From: Planctomycetota bacterium
GTDB taxonomy: Bacteria > Planctomycetota > GCA-002687715 > DRQF01
Direction: 5' to 3'
Assembly (NCBI GenBank): GCA_011369445.1
Contig: DRQF01000169.1
Location: 1,632 to 65,631, forward strand
Length of the DNA: 64,000 nt
Every line of letters starts with the position of its first letter. The stretch's first letter is position 1. A program made the translations under genes and the position numbers. Positions 25,651 through 34,977 of the stretch are shown piece by piece. Under the pieces are notes generated by a model that saw only the letters and a list, made by a program, of their open reading frames with translations, searched no databases and was not told the origin of the DNA.

Positions 25651-26382
25651 ATGGTTGAAGTCCCCGAGACGTTGCGCCACGTTGCCATCATCATGGATGG
25701 GAATGGCCGTTGGGCGAATGCTCGGGGCTCCCGCCGCACACGGGGACACAAGGAAGGTGTGAAGTCCGTCCGCCGCGTGACGACCACTCTCGCGGAATCC
25801 GGCCTCGAGTATCTGACTCTCTATGCGTTGTCCGTCGAGAACTGGGTGAAGAGGCCCCGTCCGGAAATCGAGTTCCTTCTCATGCTGCTCAGGCGATTCC
25901 TGATCCAGGAGAGGCGCACGATCATGGACAACAACATCCGCTTCCGTGCCATCGGTCGAGTCCACGAATTTCCCGACTCGGTTCGCAAGGAACTCGATCA
26001 CCTCACCGAGATGTCTCGCGACAACGACGGGATGGTGCTTTGCCTCGCCCTCAACTATGGGGGGCGCTCCGAGATCCTCGACGCCGTTCGCAGCCTGGCC
26101 ACGAAAGTAAGAGACGGAGATCTGGAGCCCGACGCTCTCGACGAGAAGATCCTCCGCGGGGAACTCTACGACCCCGACATGCCCGACGTCGACCTTCTGA
26201 TTCGTACGGCGGGCGAGATGCGAATCAGCAACTTCCTCCTTTGGCAGGTGTCATATGGAGAGATTTGGGTCACCCAGACGTTTTGGCCGGACTTCGGCGA
26301 GCGGGAACTCGAGCAAGCTTTGCGGAGTTTCGGGGGACGGGAGCGCAAGTTCGGGGGCCTGGCTCAAAAAGTCGATGCGTAG
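25651..26382 (+). CDS. uppS: Isoprenyl transferase / undecaprenyl diphosphate synthase
   Basis: ORF track starts at GTG 25636. I prefer ATG 25651, which is preceded by GGGAAGG. Diagnostic motifs are HVAIIMDGNGRWA, LTLYALSVENW, IRTAGEMRISNFLLWQ and YGEIW. Confidence 0.9.
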   Translation: MVEVPETLRHVAIIMDGNGRWANARGSRRTRGHKEGVKSVRRVTTTLAESGLEYLTLYALSVENWVKRPRPEIEFLLMLLRRFLIQERRTIMDNNIRFRAIGRVHEFPDSVRKELDHLTEMSRDNDGMVLCLALNYGGRSEILDAVRSLATKVRDGDLEPDALDEKILRGELYDPDMPDVDLLIRTAGEMRISNFLLWQVSYGEIWVTQTFWPDFGERELEQALRSFGGRERKFGGLAQKVDA

Positions 26383-27223
26383 CCGGCTTCGAATCGGATC
26401 GACTCTTGTGGCGACGTTAGTCCTTCTCGTCTTCGTGGACGGTTGGGTCGGTTATCCGGTCGTGTCCGGTCTCATCCTCTTGGGTTTGACGTTTGAGTCG
26501 CAACGAGAATTGATGCGCATGCTCGCCCCCGGCGAGTCGGCGTTGTGGGTTCTCCTGTGTACCCTGTTGCTCTTTGTCGGTGTGGCCCTAGGCTCGCGTG
26601 GGGCCGAGCACGTGGGCGTCTGGGAGATCACGGGTGGGGTCGCCGTGGCGGCTCAAGTCATCTTTCTCATCGCGGCGACGGGGCGGATGGCTCGGGGCCC
26701 CGCGCATCCCGAAAGGCTCGCTCCTTGGTTGGCTTCGTCCTCCCTGGCCCTTCTCTGGCTCGGCGCGCCCATGGCGGTTCTGTGGTCCTTGGTCGTGGGG
26801 CGCACGGGAGGCGAAGGAAGTCTCTTGGCGGTCGTCCTGGTCCTGCTTTGCAAGTGTGCGGATATTGGAGGGTACCTCGGCGGCACCCTTTTTGGCCGTC
26901 GACGCATCATGCCGCACGTTTCGCCCAAGAAATCCTATGAGGGTTCGCTGACGGGGCTGATTCTCACCCTTCTGGCCGCATGGGGTGTTCAATCGGTGGC
27001 GCCGAATCTTCTCGAGGGCCTCGATTCCTGGAAACTTGCGGCGTTTGCGGTCGTCATCAACCTGTTCTCCCAGGCGGGGGATTTCGCCGAATCCATGGTG
27101 AAACGCTCCGTCGGGATCAAGGATTCCGGAAGCCTCTTGCCGGGGTTTGGGGGCGCTCTGGATATAATCGATTCGCTGACCCTGGCGATTCCCGCCGCGG
27201 TAGGGTTACTCGGACTCATCTGA
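26375..27223 (+). CDS. cdsA: Phosphatidate cytidylyltransferase family protein
   Basis: Internal ATG of ORF 26255..27223 (MRSRLRIGSTLVATLVLLVF), overlapping the uppS stop. The protein is multi-TM. The C-terminal signature region is SMVKRSVGIKDSGSLLPGFGGALDIIDS, which deviates from the canonical H-G-G / D-R (see findings). Confidence 0.8.
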   Translation: MRSRLRIGSTLVATLVLLVFVDGWVGYPVVSGLILLGLTFESQRELMRMLAPGESALWVLLCTLLLFVGVALGSRGAEHVGVWEITGGVAVAAQVIFLIAATGRMARGPAHPERLAPWLASSSLALLWLGAPMAVLWSLVVGRTGGEGSLLAVVLVLLCKCADIGGYLGGTLFGRRRIMPHVSPKKSYEGSLTGLILTLLAAWGVQSVAPNLLEGLDSWKLAAFAVVINLFSQAGDFAESMVKRSVGIKDSGSLLPGFGGALDIIDSLTLAIPAAVGLLGLI

Positions 27224-27242
27224 AGGAGGTGCCAAACTCACC

Positions 27243-28235
27243 GTGTCCGACCAAACGATCAGCTTGAAGAACCTGGAGGAGGAAAGAGCCCTGCTCGGGC
27301 ACCTGGATCGCAACCTTCGAATTCTTCGCCAGGCTCTCGGCGTGGAGGCCACCTCGCGAGGAGGTAAGTTGACGTTGCGCGGCGAACCGAGTCAGGTTGA
27401 GGAGGCCTCGTCCCTGGTTCAGAAAGCTCTGGGCGTCATTCGCTCCGGCAAGGGGGACGCGACCGATGTCGCGGAGATGTTCGAGGAACACGAGCGCGTG
27501 GGCGGAAATGGGAAGGCGCGACCCAAGTCCAGACTCCGCATCAACGTGCAGCCTCGGAGCGCGAACCAGAAGAAGTACCTGGAGGCCATCGAGAAAAGCC
27601 CCGTGACCTTCGGTGTGGGGCCGGCCGGGACAGGCAAGACCTATCTCGCGGTGGCCATGGCGATCTCCTTCATCAAGGCGGGCGAGTTTCGACGGTTGAT
27701 CCTCGTTCGTCCGGCCGTCGAGGCCGGGGAGCACTTGGGTTTTTTGCCCGGCGACTTGGAGGCGAAGATCCGACCCTACCTGCGGCCGCTTTACGACGCG
27801 TTGGAAGACCTCCTGCCCCATGCGACGCTCAGACGCTATATGGAGGAGGGGATCGTGGAGATCTCTCCTTTGGCCTACATGCGCGGACGTACGTTGAACA
27901 ATGCCGTCATCATCCTGGATGAGGCCCAGAATACGACGGTCGCGCAGATGAAGATGTTCTTGACCAGAATGGGAGACAGCAGCAAGATCATCGTCACCGG
28001 TGACACGTCGCAGGTGGATCTTCCCGGTGGCCACGAATCGGGTCTTGTTCATGCGTTGAAGGTGCTCCGGAGGATTGACTCCATTCGGTTTTGCACCCTC
28101 AAGAAGGAGGATATCGTTCGGCATCCGGTCGTCCAGGACATCGTGAAGGCCTACGGGCGATTCGAGCACAGGGGCAGGGACGACCGCGAGGGAAGGGACG
28201 AGAAACCCGGGAGAAGCCGCAAGGGGGGCGAGTGA
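27243..28235 (+). CDS. phoH: PhoH-like ATPase
   Basis: 330 aa. Diagnostic segments are GPAGTGKTYLAVA, ILVRPAVEAGEHLGFLPGDL, AYMRGRTL and IILDEAQN. Confidence 0.9.
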   Translation: MSDQTISLKNLEEERALLGHLDRNLRILRQALGVEATSRGGKLTLRGEPSQVEEASSLVQKALGVIRSGKGDATDVAEMFEEHERVGGNGKARPKSRLRINVQPRSANQKKYLEAIEKSPVTFGVGPAGTGKTYLAVAMAISFIKAGEFRRLILVRPAVEAGEHLGFLPGDLEAKIRPYLRPLYDALEDLLPHATLRRYMEEGIVEISPLAYMRGRTLNNAVIILDEAQNTTVAQMKMFLTRMGDSSKIIVTGDTSQVDLPGGHESGLVHALKVLRRIDSIRFCTLKKEDIVRHPVVQDIVKAYGRFEHRGRDDREGRDEKPGRSRKGGE

Positions 28236-28669
28236 CCTTGATCGACGTCACGGTGCAAGTCCATGCTCCTGAGTTGCAAGATGTCGAAATCGCCACCTTC
28301 GTCGAACGCGTTTTGGAGTTGGAGGGAGCGTCCTTGGACCTGAGTGTCGTCGTCTTGTCCGACGAGGAGATCAGGCAGATCAACAGGGAGTTCTTGGGCC
28401 ACGATTTTGCGACAGACGTGCTCGCGTTCGACTTGAGGGAAGACGGGCAGGTTGGGCCTGACGGCGAGATTCTCGTCTCCATCGATCACGCCAGGCGGGA
28501 GGCTGGAGCGCGTTCCCACGGAATTGCCGACGAATTGCTTTTCTACGTCGCTCATGGAGTGCTGCACCTGTTGGGTTACGACGACCATGACCCCGAGGAA
28601 CGGGCAAGGATGCATGCCCGCCAGGCCCACCTGATGAACGCACTGGGGCGAACGGTGGATCCGTCATGA
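28232..28669 (+). CDS. ybeY: rRNA maturation RNase YbeY
   Basis: GTG at 28232 overlaps the phoH stop (GTGA). At 145 aa it is typical YbeY size. The metal motif is HGVLHLLGYDDH. Confidence 0.85.
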   Translation: MTLIDVTVQVHAPELQDVEIATFVERVLELEGASLDLSVVVLSDEEIRQINREFLGHDFATDVLAFDLREDGQVGPDGEILVSIDHARREAGARSHGIADELLFYVAHGVLHLLGYDDHDPEERARMHARQAHLMNALGRTVDPS

Positions 28670-29778
28670 CCGGGGCCGACGACGCCGGAGAGTCGGACGC
28701 GCGGAGGGACGAGCTTTTTTGGAAGATCGCCCTGAAGAACAGTCTGGTCACCCGGGAACAGGTGCGGGAGTGTCGTGAAATCCAGCGGCGCATCGAGGAC
28801 CTGGGCGTCTCCGCGAAACCGATCGGCGACATCATGCTGGAGAAGGGCTTTGTCGATCGGGAGGTCCACGATCGGATCTTGGCGAAAATCGCGGCCCTCG
28901 GCGCTTCCCATCGCATCGAAGGGTACAAGTTGCAGGAGAAGCTTGGGCAGGGCTCTATGGGCGTCGTCTGGCGAGCCCGACAGATCTCTCTGGATCGCAT
29001 CGTCGCCGTGAAGATCCTGGCTCCGTTCTTGCAGAAGAACGAACGATTCGTCTCGCGGTTCCTGAAGGAAGCCAAAGTGTTGGCTCGACTCAACCACCCC
29101 CACATCGTGCAGTGCATTGATGTGGGACGCAGCCACGGCCTCTACTACTTCGCCATGGAATATGTCGACGGGCCGACGGTCGGCTCCATCGTGAAACGCG
29201 GAGGACGCATGGCGGATGAGCGGGCGACTCGCATCATTCTTCAGGTGGCCATGGCTCTTGATCACGCCTTCGAGCACAGCATCATCCACCGCGACATCAA
29301 ACCGGACAACATCATGATCGCTTCCGGCGGCGTCGTGAAACTCTGCGACCTCGGGTTGGTCAAGGATCTGGACACAGGAGGCGACACCACGGACACGGGA
29401 ACAACGCTGGGGACGCCCAACTACATCTCACCCGAGCAGGCGAGAGGCGACGAGTTCATCGACCAGCGGTCCGACATCTATTCCCTCGGGGCCACCTACT
29501 ATCACATGGTCACGGGAGTCACGCCGTTCCAATACGAGAACCCGGCGGCGACTCTGGTGGCCCACCTCAACGAGGTGCCGAAAACTCCCAGGGAGCGTGT
29601 CCCCGAACTCTCCGCCGAAACCTCGCGCATCATTTCGAAGATGCTGCGGAAGAATCCGGACGATCGTTACCAGAGACCCAGCCAAGTGGTTGCGGATCTC
29701 GAGAAACATCTGGCGCGATTGACGGGTGAAGGGGATCCCCTGTTGCTCATCCGCCCGCGCCGTCGGCGGCGCCGCTGA
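28666..29778 (+). CDS. Ser/Thr protein kinase with an N-terminal T2SSE_N/MshEN-like helical domain
   Basis: 370 aa. Kinase motifs are GQGSMGVVW, VAVKIL, HRDIKPDNIM, DLG and GTPNYISPEQ. The N-terminal ~90 aa (FWKIALKNSLVTREQVRECREIQ...PIGDIMLEKGFVDREVHDRILAKI) resemble GspE-N type repeats. The start overlaps the ybeY stop. Confidence 0.8.
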   Translation: MTGADDAGESDARRDELFWKIALKNSLVTREQVRECREIQRRIEDLGVSAKPIGDIMLEKGFVDREVHDRILAKIAALGASHRIEGYKLQEKLGQGSMGVVWRARQISLDRIVAVKILAPFLQKNERFVSRFLKEAKVLARLNHPHIVQCIDVGRSHGLYYFAMEYVDGPTVGSIVKRGGRMADERATRIILQVAMALDHAFEHSIIHRDIKPDNIMIASGGVVKLCDLGLVKDLDTGGDTTDTGTTLGTPNYISPEQARGDEFIDQRSDIYSLGATYYHMVTGVTPFQYENPAATLVAHLNEVPKTPRERVPELSAETSRIISKMLRKNPDDRYQRPSQVVADLEKHLARLTGEGDPLLLIRPRRRRRR

Positions 29779-29784
29779 AGAGGG

Positions 29785-30615
29785 TCAATCTCCGTGCGCA
29801 GCGGCTCGAATGGCGAGGAGCCTTCGGAGCAGTGGACCGAACTCATGGAGGGGGAGTGCGTTGTCCGCATCGCTCTTGGCCTTGGCCGGCTCTTCGTGGA
29901 CTTCGAAAAACAGCCCGTCGACGCCCACGGCCACGGCGGCCCGGGCGAGAGGTGGGATCATGGTGCGGTCGCCGGAACTGCTCTTCCCGTGTCCACCTGG
30001 GATTTGCACAGAGTGGGTCGCATCGAAGATGACGGGAACTCCCAAGGCCCGCATGACGGGGATCCCCTTGAAGTCGTTCACGAGAGTGTTGTATCCGAAG
30101 GCCGATCCTCTCTCGGTGAGGGAGACCTTCTCGTTGCCGGACTCCTCGATCTTCGCAACGACGTTGGACATGTCGTGGGGCGAGAGGAACTGCCCTTTCT
30201 TGACGTTGACGATGCGCCCCGTGCGCGCGGCGGCCGCGAGGAGGTCCGTTTGGCGACAAAGGAACGCCGGAATCTGGATGACGTCGGCGACCTCCGCGGC
30301 GGGCTCCGCCTGCCAGGACTCGTGGATGTCGGTGACGATGGGGAGGTCCAGCTCCCTTTTCACCCGCCCCAGGATGCGGAGACCTTCCTCCATGCCCGGA
30401 CCGCGGTAGCTCGAAATGGAACTGCGGTTCGCCTTGTCGAATGAGGCCTTGAACACGAGGCCTACGGGAAGACCGGCCGCCGCCTCCTTTAGGGCCGCGG
30501 CGTGCCGGAGGGTTGTTGCTTCATCCTCCACGATGCACAGGCCCGCCAGGACCGCGAGCGGTGCGTCGGGGCCGATGGCAGCCTGACCGCATCGAATCGT
30601 TCGTACCTTCGTCAT
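29785..30615 (-). CDS. kdsA: 3-deoxy-8-phosphooctulonate synthase
   Basis: 276 aa. Diagnostic segments are FKASFDKANRSS, IVTDIHE, IQIPAFLCRQTDLL, VNVKKGQF and DATHSVQ. Confidence 0.9.
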   Translation of the reverse strand: MTKVRTIRCGQAAIGPDAPLAVLAGLCIVEDEATTLRHAAALKEAAAGLPVGLVFKASFDKANRSSISSYRGPGMEEGLRILGRVKRELDLPIVTDIHESWQAEPAAEVADVIQIPAFLCRQTDLLAAAARTGRIVNVKKGQFLSPHDMSNVVAKIEESGNEKVSLTERGSAFGYNTLVNDFKGIPVMRALGVPVIFDATHSVQIPGGHGKSSSGDRTMIPPLARAAVAVGVDGLFFEVHEEPAKAKSDADNALPLHEFGPLLRRLLAIRAAAHGD

Positions 30616-31526
30616 CTTCGTTCCTCACGTTCGGCGCGAGCCGGTGTCATTAGGATTTGGCGGCGCCCGGAAAGTCGCACATCCACGGGCAACACTCCGC
30701 CGGGATCGCCATCGATCTGATAGGGCTCGGACGCATCGTCGCTCGAGATTGTAAACCGCTGCCCCCGCAGAACGCGCGCCCGGCCGGAGTCCGCCCTTCC
30801 CAACAGGGCGCACGCGACCTGGCGAATGACCGTTCTGCGACCCCGTCCCCGGCGAACGTGGCAATCCAGCAAGCCGTCGTCGAGTTTGGCCTCGGGCGTC
30901 AACCTCATGATGCCCCCGTAGTTGGCGGTGTTGCAAACCGTGATCGAGTGGAAAGGGCCGACTCGCTCCCCGCCGTCCGTCTTCACGAAAAGTTTCGGAG
31001 TCCGGAATCCGAGAAGGACCTTCGTGCCGATGGGAAGGTAGGCCGCCATCCCCATGCCGCGGCCCCGACGACCGCGATTCTCGTGGAGCGCCTTGACGAC
31101 ACGGGCGTCGAATCCGGCCCCCACATTGGCGAGAAAGGGGCGTTTCCCGGCCAGACCGATGTCGGCGGCGACCGTCGATCCCTCCAAGAGACGTCGCGCG
31201 GCCTGGATGGGGTGCCTCCGGGGGATGTTCAGTTCCCGTGCGAGGACGTTGGCGCACCCGAGGGGAATGATTCCCACGGGAATGTTTTCGTGGTTCAAAA
31301 GCCCCCCGATGACTTCGCGAAGGGTTCCATCTCCCCCGACGGAAAAGACCGCGTCGAAATCGCCGGCCTCTTTCTTCGCGATGTCGGTCGCGTGACCGGG
31401 TCCCGTCGTGAAGCGAATTCGAATCTCGTGGCCGTCCCGCTCGAGAGCGTCGCGGAGGCTGGTCGCCGTCCGCTCCCCCTCGTGTCGGCCCGCCTTGGGA
31501 TTGGCGATGACGAGTAGGCGGCTCAC
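30612..31526 (-). CDS. Diacylglycerol kinase family lipid kinase (YegS/BmrU type)
   Basis: 304 aa. LLVIANPKAG and SVGGDGTLREV are present. The gene overlaps kdsA (ATGA) and the upstream FGE gene (GTGA). Confidence 0.8.
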   Translation of the reverse strand: MSRLLVIANPKAGRHEGERTATSLRDALERDGHEIRIRFTTGPGHATDIAKKEAGDFDAVFSVGGDGTLREVIGGLLNHENIPVGIIPLGCANVLARELNIPRRHPIQAARRLLEGSTVAADIGLAGKRPFLANVGAGFDARVVKALHENRGRRGRGMGMAAYLPIGTKVLLGFRTPKLFVKTDGGERVGPFHSITVCNTANYGGIMRLTPEAKLDDGLLDCHVRRGRGRRTVIRQVACALLGRADSGRARVLRGQRFTISSDDASEPYQIDGDPGGVLPVDVRLSGRRQILMTPARAEREERR

Positions 31527-32314
31527 TGATCTCGAACGAGGCGAATCCCCACATCATCGGCGCGCGCGTCGCGACTCACTCCCCGTCGCGACGTCAACCG
31601 GCATGCGGAGGCCCTGTCGCGGAAACTGCCGCCCCGTACGACGACCGGTGCGTCGGGACGGGGTGTTTCACCGTAGGGAGCGAGGCGGGATGTGGTCCAC
31701 TCCGCGACGTTGCCGCTGACGTGAAACACTCCGTGGACTTCGTAGGGCTTGGCGTCGACTGGACGGGGTTGGCCAACGGAGGTCACGGCCCGATGTCCGT
31801 CGAATGCGTTGCCCCAGGGGTAAAACCATTGAGTGGCGCCCCGAAAAGCGAATTCCCACTCGACCTCAGAAGGCAGTCGGGCCCGGCGGAAGGCCGCGTA
31901 TGCCTGGGCCTCCTCGAGGGTGATTCCCCGGATCGGAAGCTTCTCCGTCCCTGCTGGGGGGTGCTTGCCTTTCCATCCGGGGGGGGAGGGGATGCCCGCT
32001 TCACGGGCGGCGTCGGATGCGAGGAACTCGGCGTACTCCTCTGCGCTGACCTCTCGGCGCGCGATGTGAAATCCCTTGATCTTGATGCTGAGGGACTCGT
32101 CACGACGTTCGAGAGCCAAATCGGCGGGAGAGACCCCTTGGGAGGCAAGCAGAGCGATCTCTTTGTCGGTCAAGCCCGGCGAAAAGCTGTCCGTGCCGAT
32201 GACGGTGAGCCAGTCTTCCTCATGAAAGGTTGTGTCCTTCGACGGCTGGGGGCGAACGAGAACCAGCAGAGCCAGGGACACCAGAAGGACCAATGGTAGA
32301 GGCAGAACCCGCAT
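31523..32314 (-). CDS. Secreted FGE-sulfatase (SUMF1-type) domain protein
   Basis: 263 aa with a signal peptide (MRVLPLPLVLLVSLALLVLV). FGE-type motifs are PIRGITLEEAQAYA, WEFAFRG, HVSGNVAEWT and VVRGGSFRD. Confidence 0.8.
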   Translation of the reverse strand: MRVLPLPLVLLVSLALLVLVRPQPSKDTTFHEEDWLTVIGTDSFSPGLTDKEIALLASQGVSPADLALERRDESLSIKIKGFHIARREVSAEEYAEFLASDAAREAGIPSPPGWKGKHPPAGTEKLPIRGITLEEAQAYAAFRRARLPSEVEWEFAFRGATQWFYPWGNAFDGHRAVTSVGQPRPVDAKPYEVHGVFHVSGNVAEWTTSRLAPYGETPRPDAPVVVRGGSFRDRASACRLTSRRGVSRDARADDVGIRLVRDQ

Positions 32315-32407
32315 TTCACATCTCTCCTCGATTCGGGGCCGATGATAACCGTCCCCGCTTCCACGAGCCAGAGCGCTGACGCGAGTCCTGCCGCCCCTTC
32401 GATGAGA

Positions 32408-34576
32408 TCAGTTCATTTCCGCCAAGCTTCCACCCGCCAGCTCCATGCGCAGCTCGATGAGGAGGTCGCCCCTACCCCGTTTCGGCAGGGCGAAGATCAC
32501 CTGAAGGATGTCCTTGCCGTCGGGGTTCACCTGAACGCCCAGGCTCGTTTCCGATGAACCCTTCTTCGGGCTCGGATAGATCTCGGAACCCTTGGCGTCC
32601 ACGCGGACAGGCGCTCCGTCCACCTTGAACGGGACGAAGACGAAGCCGGGTTTGATCGTGACCTTTTTCTTCCCTCGCTTTTCCTTCCATCCGGCATCGA
32701 AGGTGACGAAATAGGTGCCTGCCGCCAGAGAGGGGGACGCGATGGGCAAGTCGGTGTGGAAAAGGCCGATCAGAACGGCGTCCTCGAGGCCCTTTTCCTT
32801 CGAGAACGCTACGAAGTCCCTGGCCTTCGTGAAGTCCTTCATGTCGCGATTGATGGCGTAGATGGCCTGGTAGGGGCCGGGGACCCCGAGCTCCTCGTTC
32901 CAGTCGAAGTGCTCGAGGATCGCACTGCGTCCCAGGCGACGGTCGAATCGGGGGAGGCTGCGCTTCGCTTTGATATCGCTCTTCGTGAGCTTGAACTCTT
33001 GGAGGCGGCTGTCGAGGCGACCATTGCGAGACAAGCGATTGAAGAGGTCGACGCCGGGCGCGGCCGAGCGCGCGCGACGGAAGCCGACATACTTGTAGGG
33101 GATGTTCGGGTCAGCACCGAGTCGCATGTAGGTGCTGGCGTAGATGCCGGGCTGATCGCAGGCTCCTCCTCGAAGGACCATGAGATCTTCGTTGAAGCGG
33201 GAGGTCACGTCGTTGGTCACGACGCCATCGATCTTCTGGAACGATTTTCTCGGGACGAAAGGACTCGTCGTCCACTCGGCGACGTTGCCGCACATGTCGA
33301 AGATTCCCAGCGGCGAGCGGCTCGAATCGAGGGCGCCCACGGGGAGGACCGCCGGCAACTCGAGTCCCTTGGGAGGACGCATCTTGGCGCGAATATCCAG
33401 GTTCACGGCCTTTTGGTCATTGATTCGGCCCGTCTCATAGATGTTGCCAAACGACCACAGACGCCCGTCGTAACCGTTTCGCCCGGAACGGGCGGCCACT
33501 TCCCACTCGTCTTCCTCGGGGAGGCGACAACCCGTCCATTCGCAGTACGCCTCGGCGTCGTAGAAGCTCACGTAGGTGACGGGGCGGTGCTCCCAGCCCG
33601 CGGGGATTTTTCCGTCGGGCCAGATCTCCTTGCGAGGGTGCTTCTTGGTCCGCGGGTTGGTTTTGCTGCGGTCCTCGTACCACGGCCCGGGTCGGTTCGT
33701 CTGTTGGCAGAAATACCAGTAGGCCTGATGGGTGATCTCCGTTCGATCGATCATGAAGGCCGGCACGGTCTTCTTCTCGGTTTGCGAACTCAAGAAGAGG
33801 TAGCGAATCTTGGAGTCCTTCAGCGATCTCTTCTGCTGCTTGGCGATCTGTTCGATGTCCTTCGTGCAGATGCCCAGGGTGACGTCCTCGGCGGTCGGAA
33901 CGACGACCATATTGCGGGGAATCGTCACGCGGATGTCCGATGTCAACTTCGCTGCGAGATCGTCAATCTCCCGATCCTTCTCCTTGATCTCGGCCCGAAG
34001 GGACTTGATCGACTCCGCCTCGGGAAGCGTTGGAACGATGATGTCCTTCCACGCCGCCTCGAAATCGTCGCGGGGCATGACGGCTTCAAAGGCTTGATCG
34101 ACGGTACGCGAGCATCGAAGTGGGGTGGGAGATGTCGTCTCCTCCAAGAGGGCGGAGACGAATTCGATAAACTCGGTGCGAACGGCTTTGAAGATCGTGC
34201 TTCCGATCTCCTGTCGGAGCGTGGGCTCCAGTTCGTCGACGAGGGCTTCGGGGGGGGTGCCGTCGAATTTCCCGTCCTTGTTGTGGCCGGCGATGATCTC
34301 GGCCAACTTGCTACCGAGGAGTTTTTGCTTGTCGTGATTGTAGGCCCGTTCGAATTGGCGCTCGGTGCTGTCGTGCTTCTTCCTGATGGAAGCGCGGAGC
34401 TTGTCGATTTTTCGAACGAGGACCTTCTTCGACTTTTCGATCTTGTCGATGTCGCGGCGAATTCGCTGCTTGCTCTGGGCGAAGGTCGTGTTCGCGCCAC
34501 ACAGCGAGAGAGCAAGCCCCACCAGTACAAAGCAAAGCAACGGCCTCGATCCGTACCTCTTACTCGTTCGACTCAT
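32408..34576 (-). CDS. Large secreted protein with a central FGE-sulfatase (SUMF1-type) domain
   Basis: ORF 32408..34729. I prefer ATG 34576 (MSRTSKRYGSRPLLCFVLVGLALSLCG), which is preceded by GAGGAAGGGA. A coiled-coil-like N-terminal region is followed by PVTYVSFYDAEAYCEWTGCRLPEEDEWEVAARSG, FDMCGNVAEWT and VLRGGAC. I could not recognise the long C-terminal region. Confidence 0.75.
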   Translation of the reverse strand: MSRTSKRYGSRPLLCFVLVGLALSLCGANTTFAQSKQRIRRDIDKIEKSKKVLVRKIDKLRASIRKKHDSTERQFERAYNHDKQKLLGSKLAEIIAGHNKDGKFDGTPPEALVDELEPTLRQEIGSTIFKAVRTEFIEFVSALLEETTSPTPLRCSRTVDQAFEAVMPRDDFEAAWKDIIVPTLPEAESIKSLRAEIKEKDREIDDLAAKLTSDIRVTIPRNMVVVPTAEDVTLGICTKDIEQIAKQQKRSLKDSKIRYLFLSSQTEKKTVPAFMIDRTEITHQAYWYFCQQTNRPGPWYEDRSKTNPRTKKHPRKEIWPDGKIPAGWEHRPVTYVSFYDAEAYCEWTGCRLPEEDEWEVAARSGRNGYDGRLWSFGNIYETGRINDQKAVNLDIRAKMRPPKGLELPAVLPVGALDSSRSPLGIFDMCGNVAEWTTSPFVPRKSFQKIDGVVTNDVTSRFNEDLMVLRGGACDQPGIYASTYMRLGADPNIPYKYVGFRRARSAAPGVDLFNRLSRNGRLDSRLQEFKLTKSDIKAKRSLPRFDRRLGRSAILEHFDWNEELGVPGPYQAIYAINRDMKDFTKARDFVAFSKEKGLEDAVLIGLFHTDLPIASPSLAAGTYFVTFDAGWKEKRGKKKVTIKPGFVFVPFKVDGAPVRVDAKGSEIYPSPKKGSSETSLGVQVNPDGKDILQVIFALPKRGRGDLLIELRMELAGGSLAEMN

Positions 34577-34977
34577 CTTTGATCCCTTCCTCGGATACAT
34601 GCATTCACCGTTTCCGTGCCACCGCGATGGCGGCCGGTTGGTTTCGGACCTTCGGGAATCAAAGGTGCTAGCCGGTCTTTCGCGTACTCTACGCCAGGGT
34701 ATCCACTGGGCTCGTGTTGGGACGATCACCCGGGCGCGCTCCGATGTACGGCCAGGATCTTAGCAGTCCGCGAGGGACAGCTCCAAGGTATTCCTCGAAT
34801 TCAAGATACGTGCGAGATGAGGACTCCGTAGGGGGTAAAAACCCGGTTTTCGGCCCTCGGGCCGGCTTTCGGCTCATCGCTGGCAGGGTCCTCGGTCGAA
34901 TATATAACCAAGAGGGGCGCCGAGAGGCCGACCGGGAGATCCGCGCATTTCCCGGTCGTTCCCCCAATGAACGGGGT

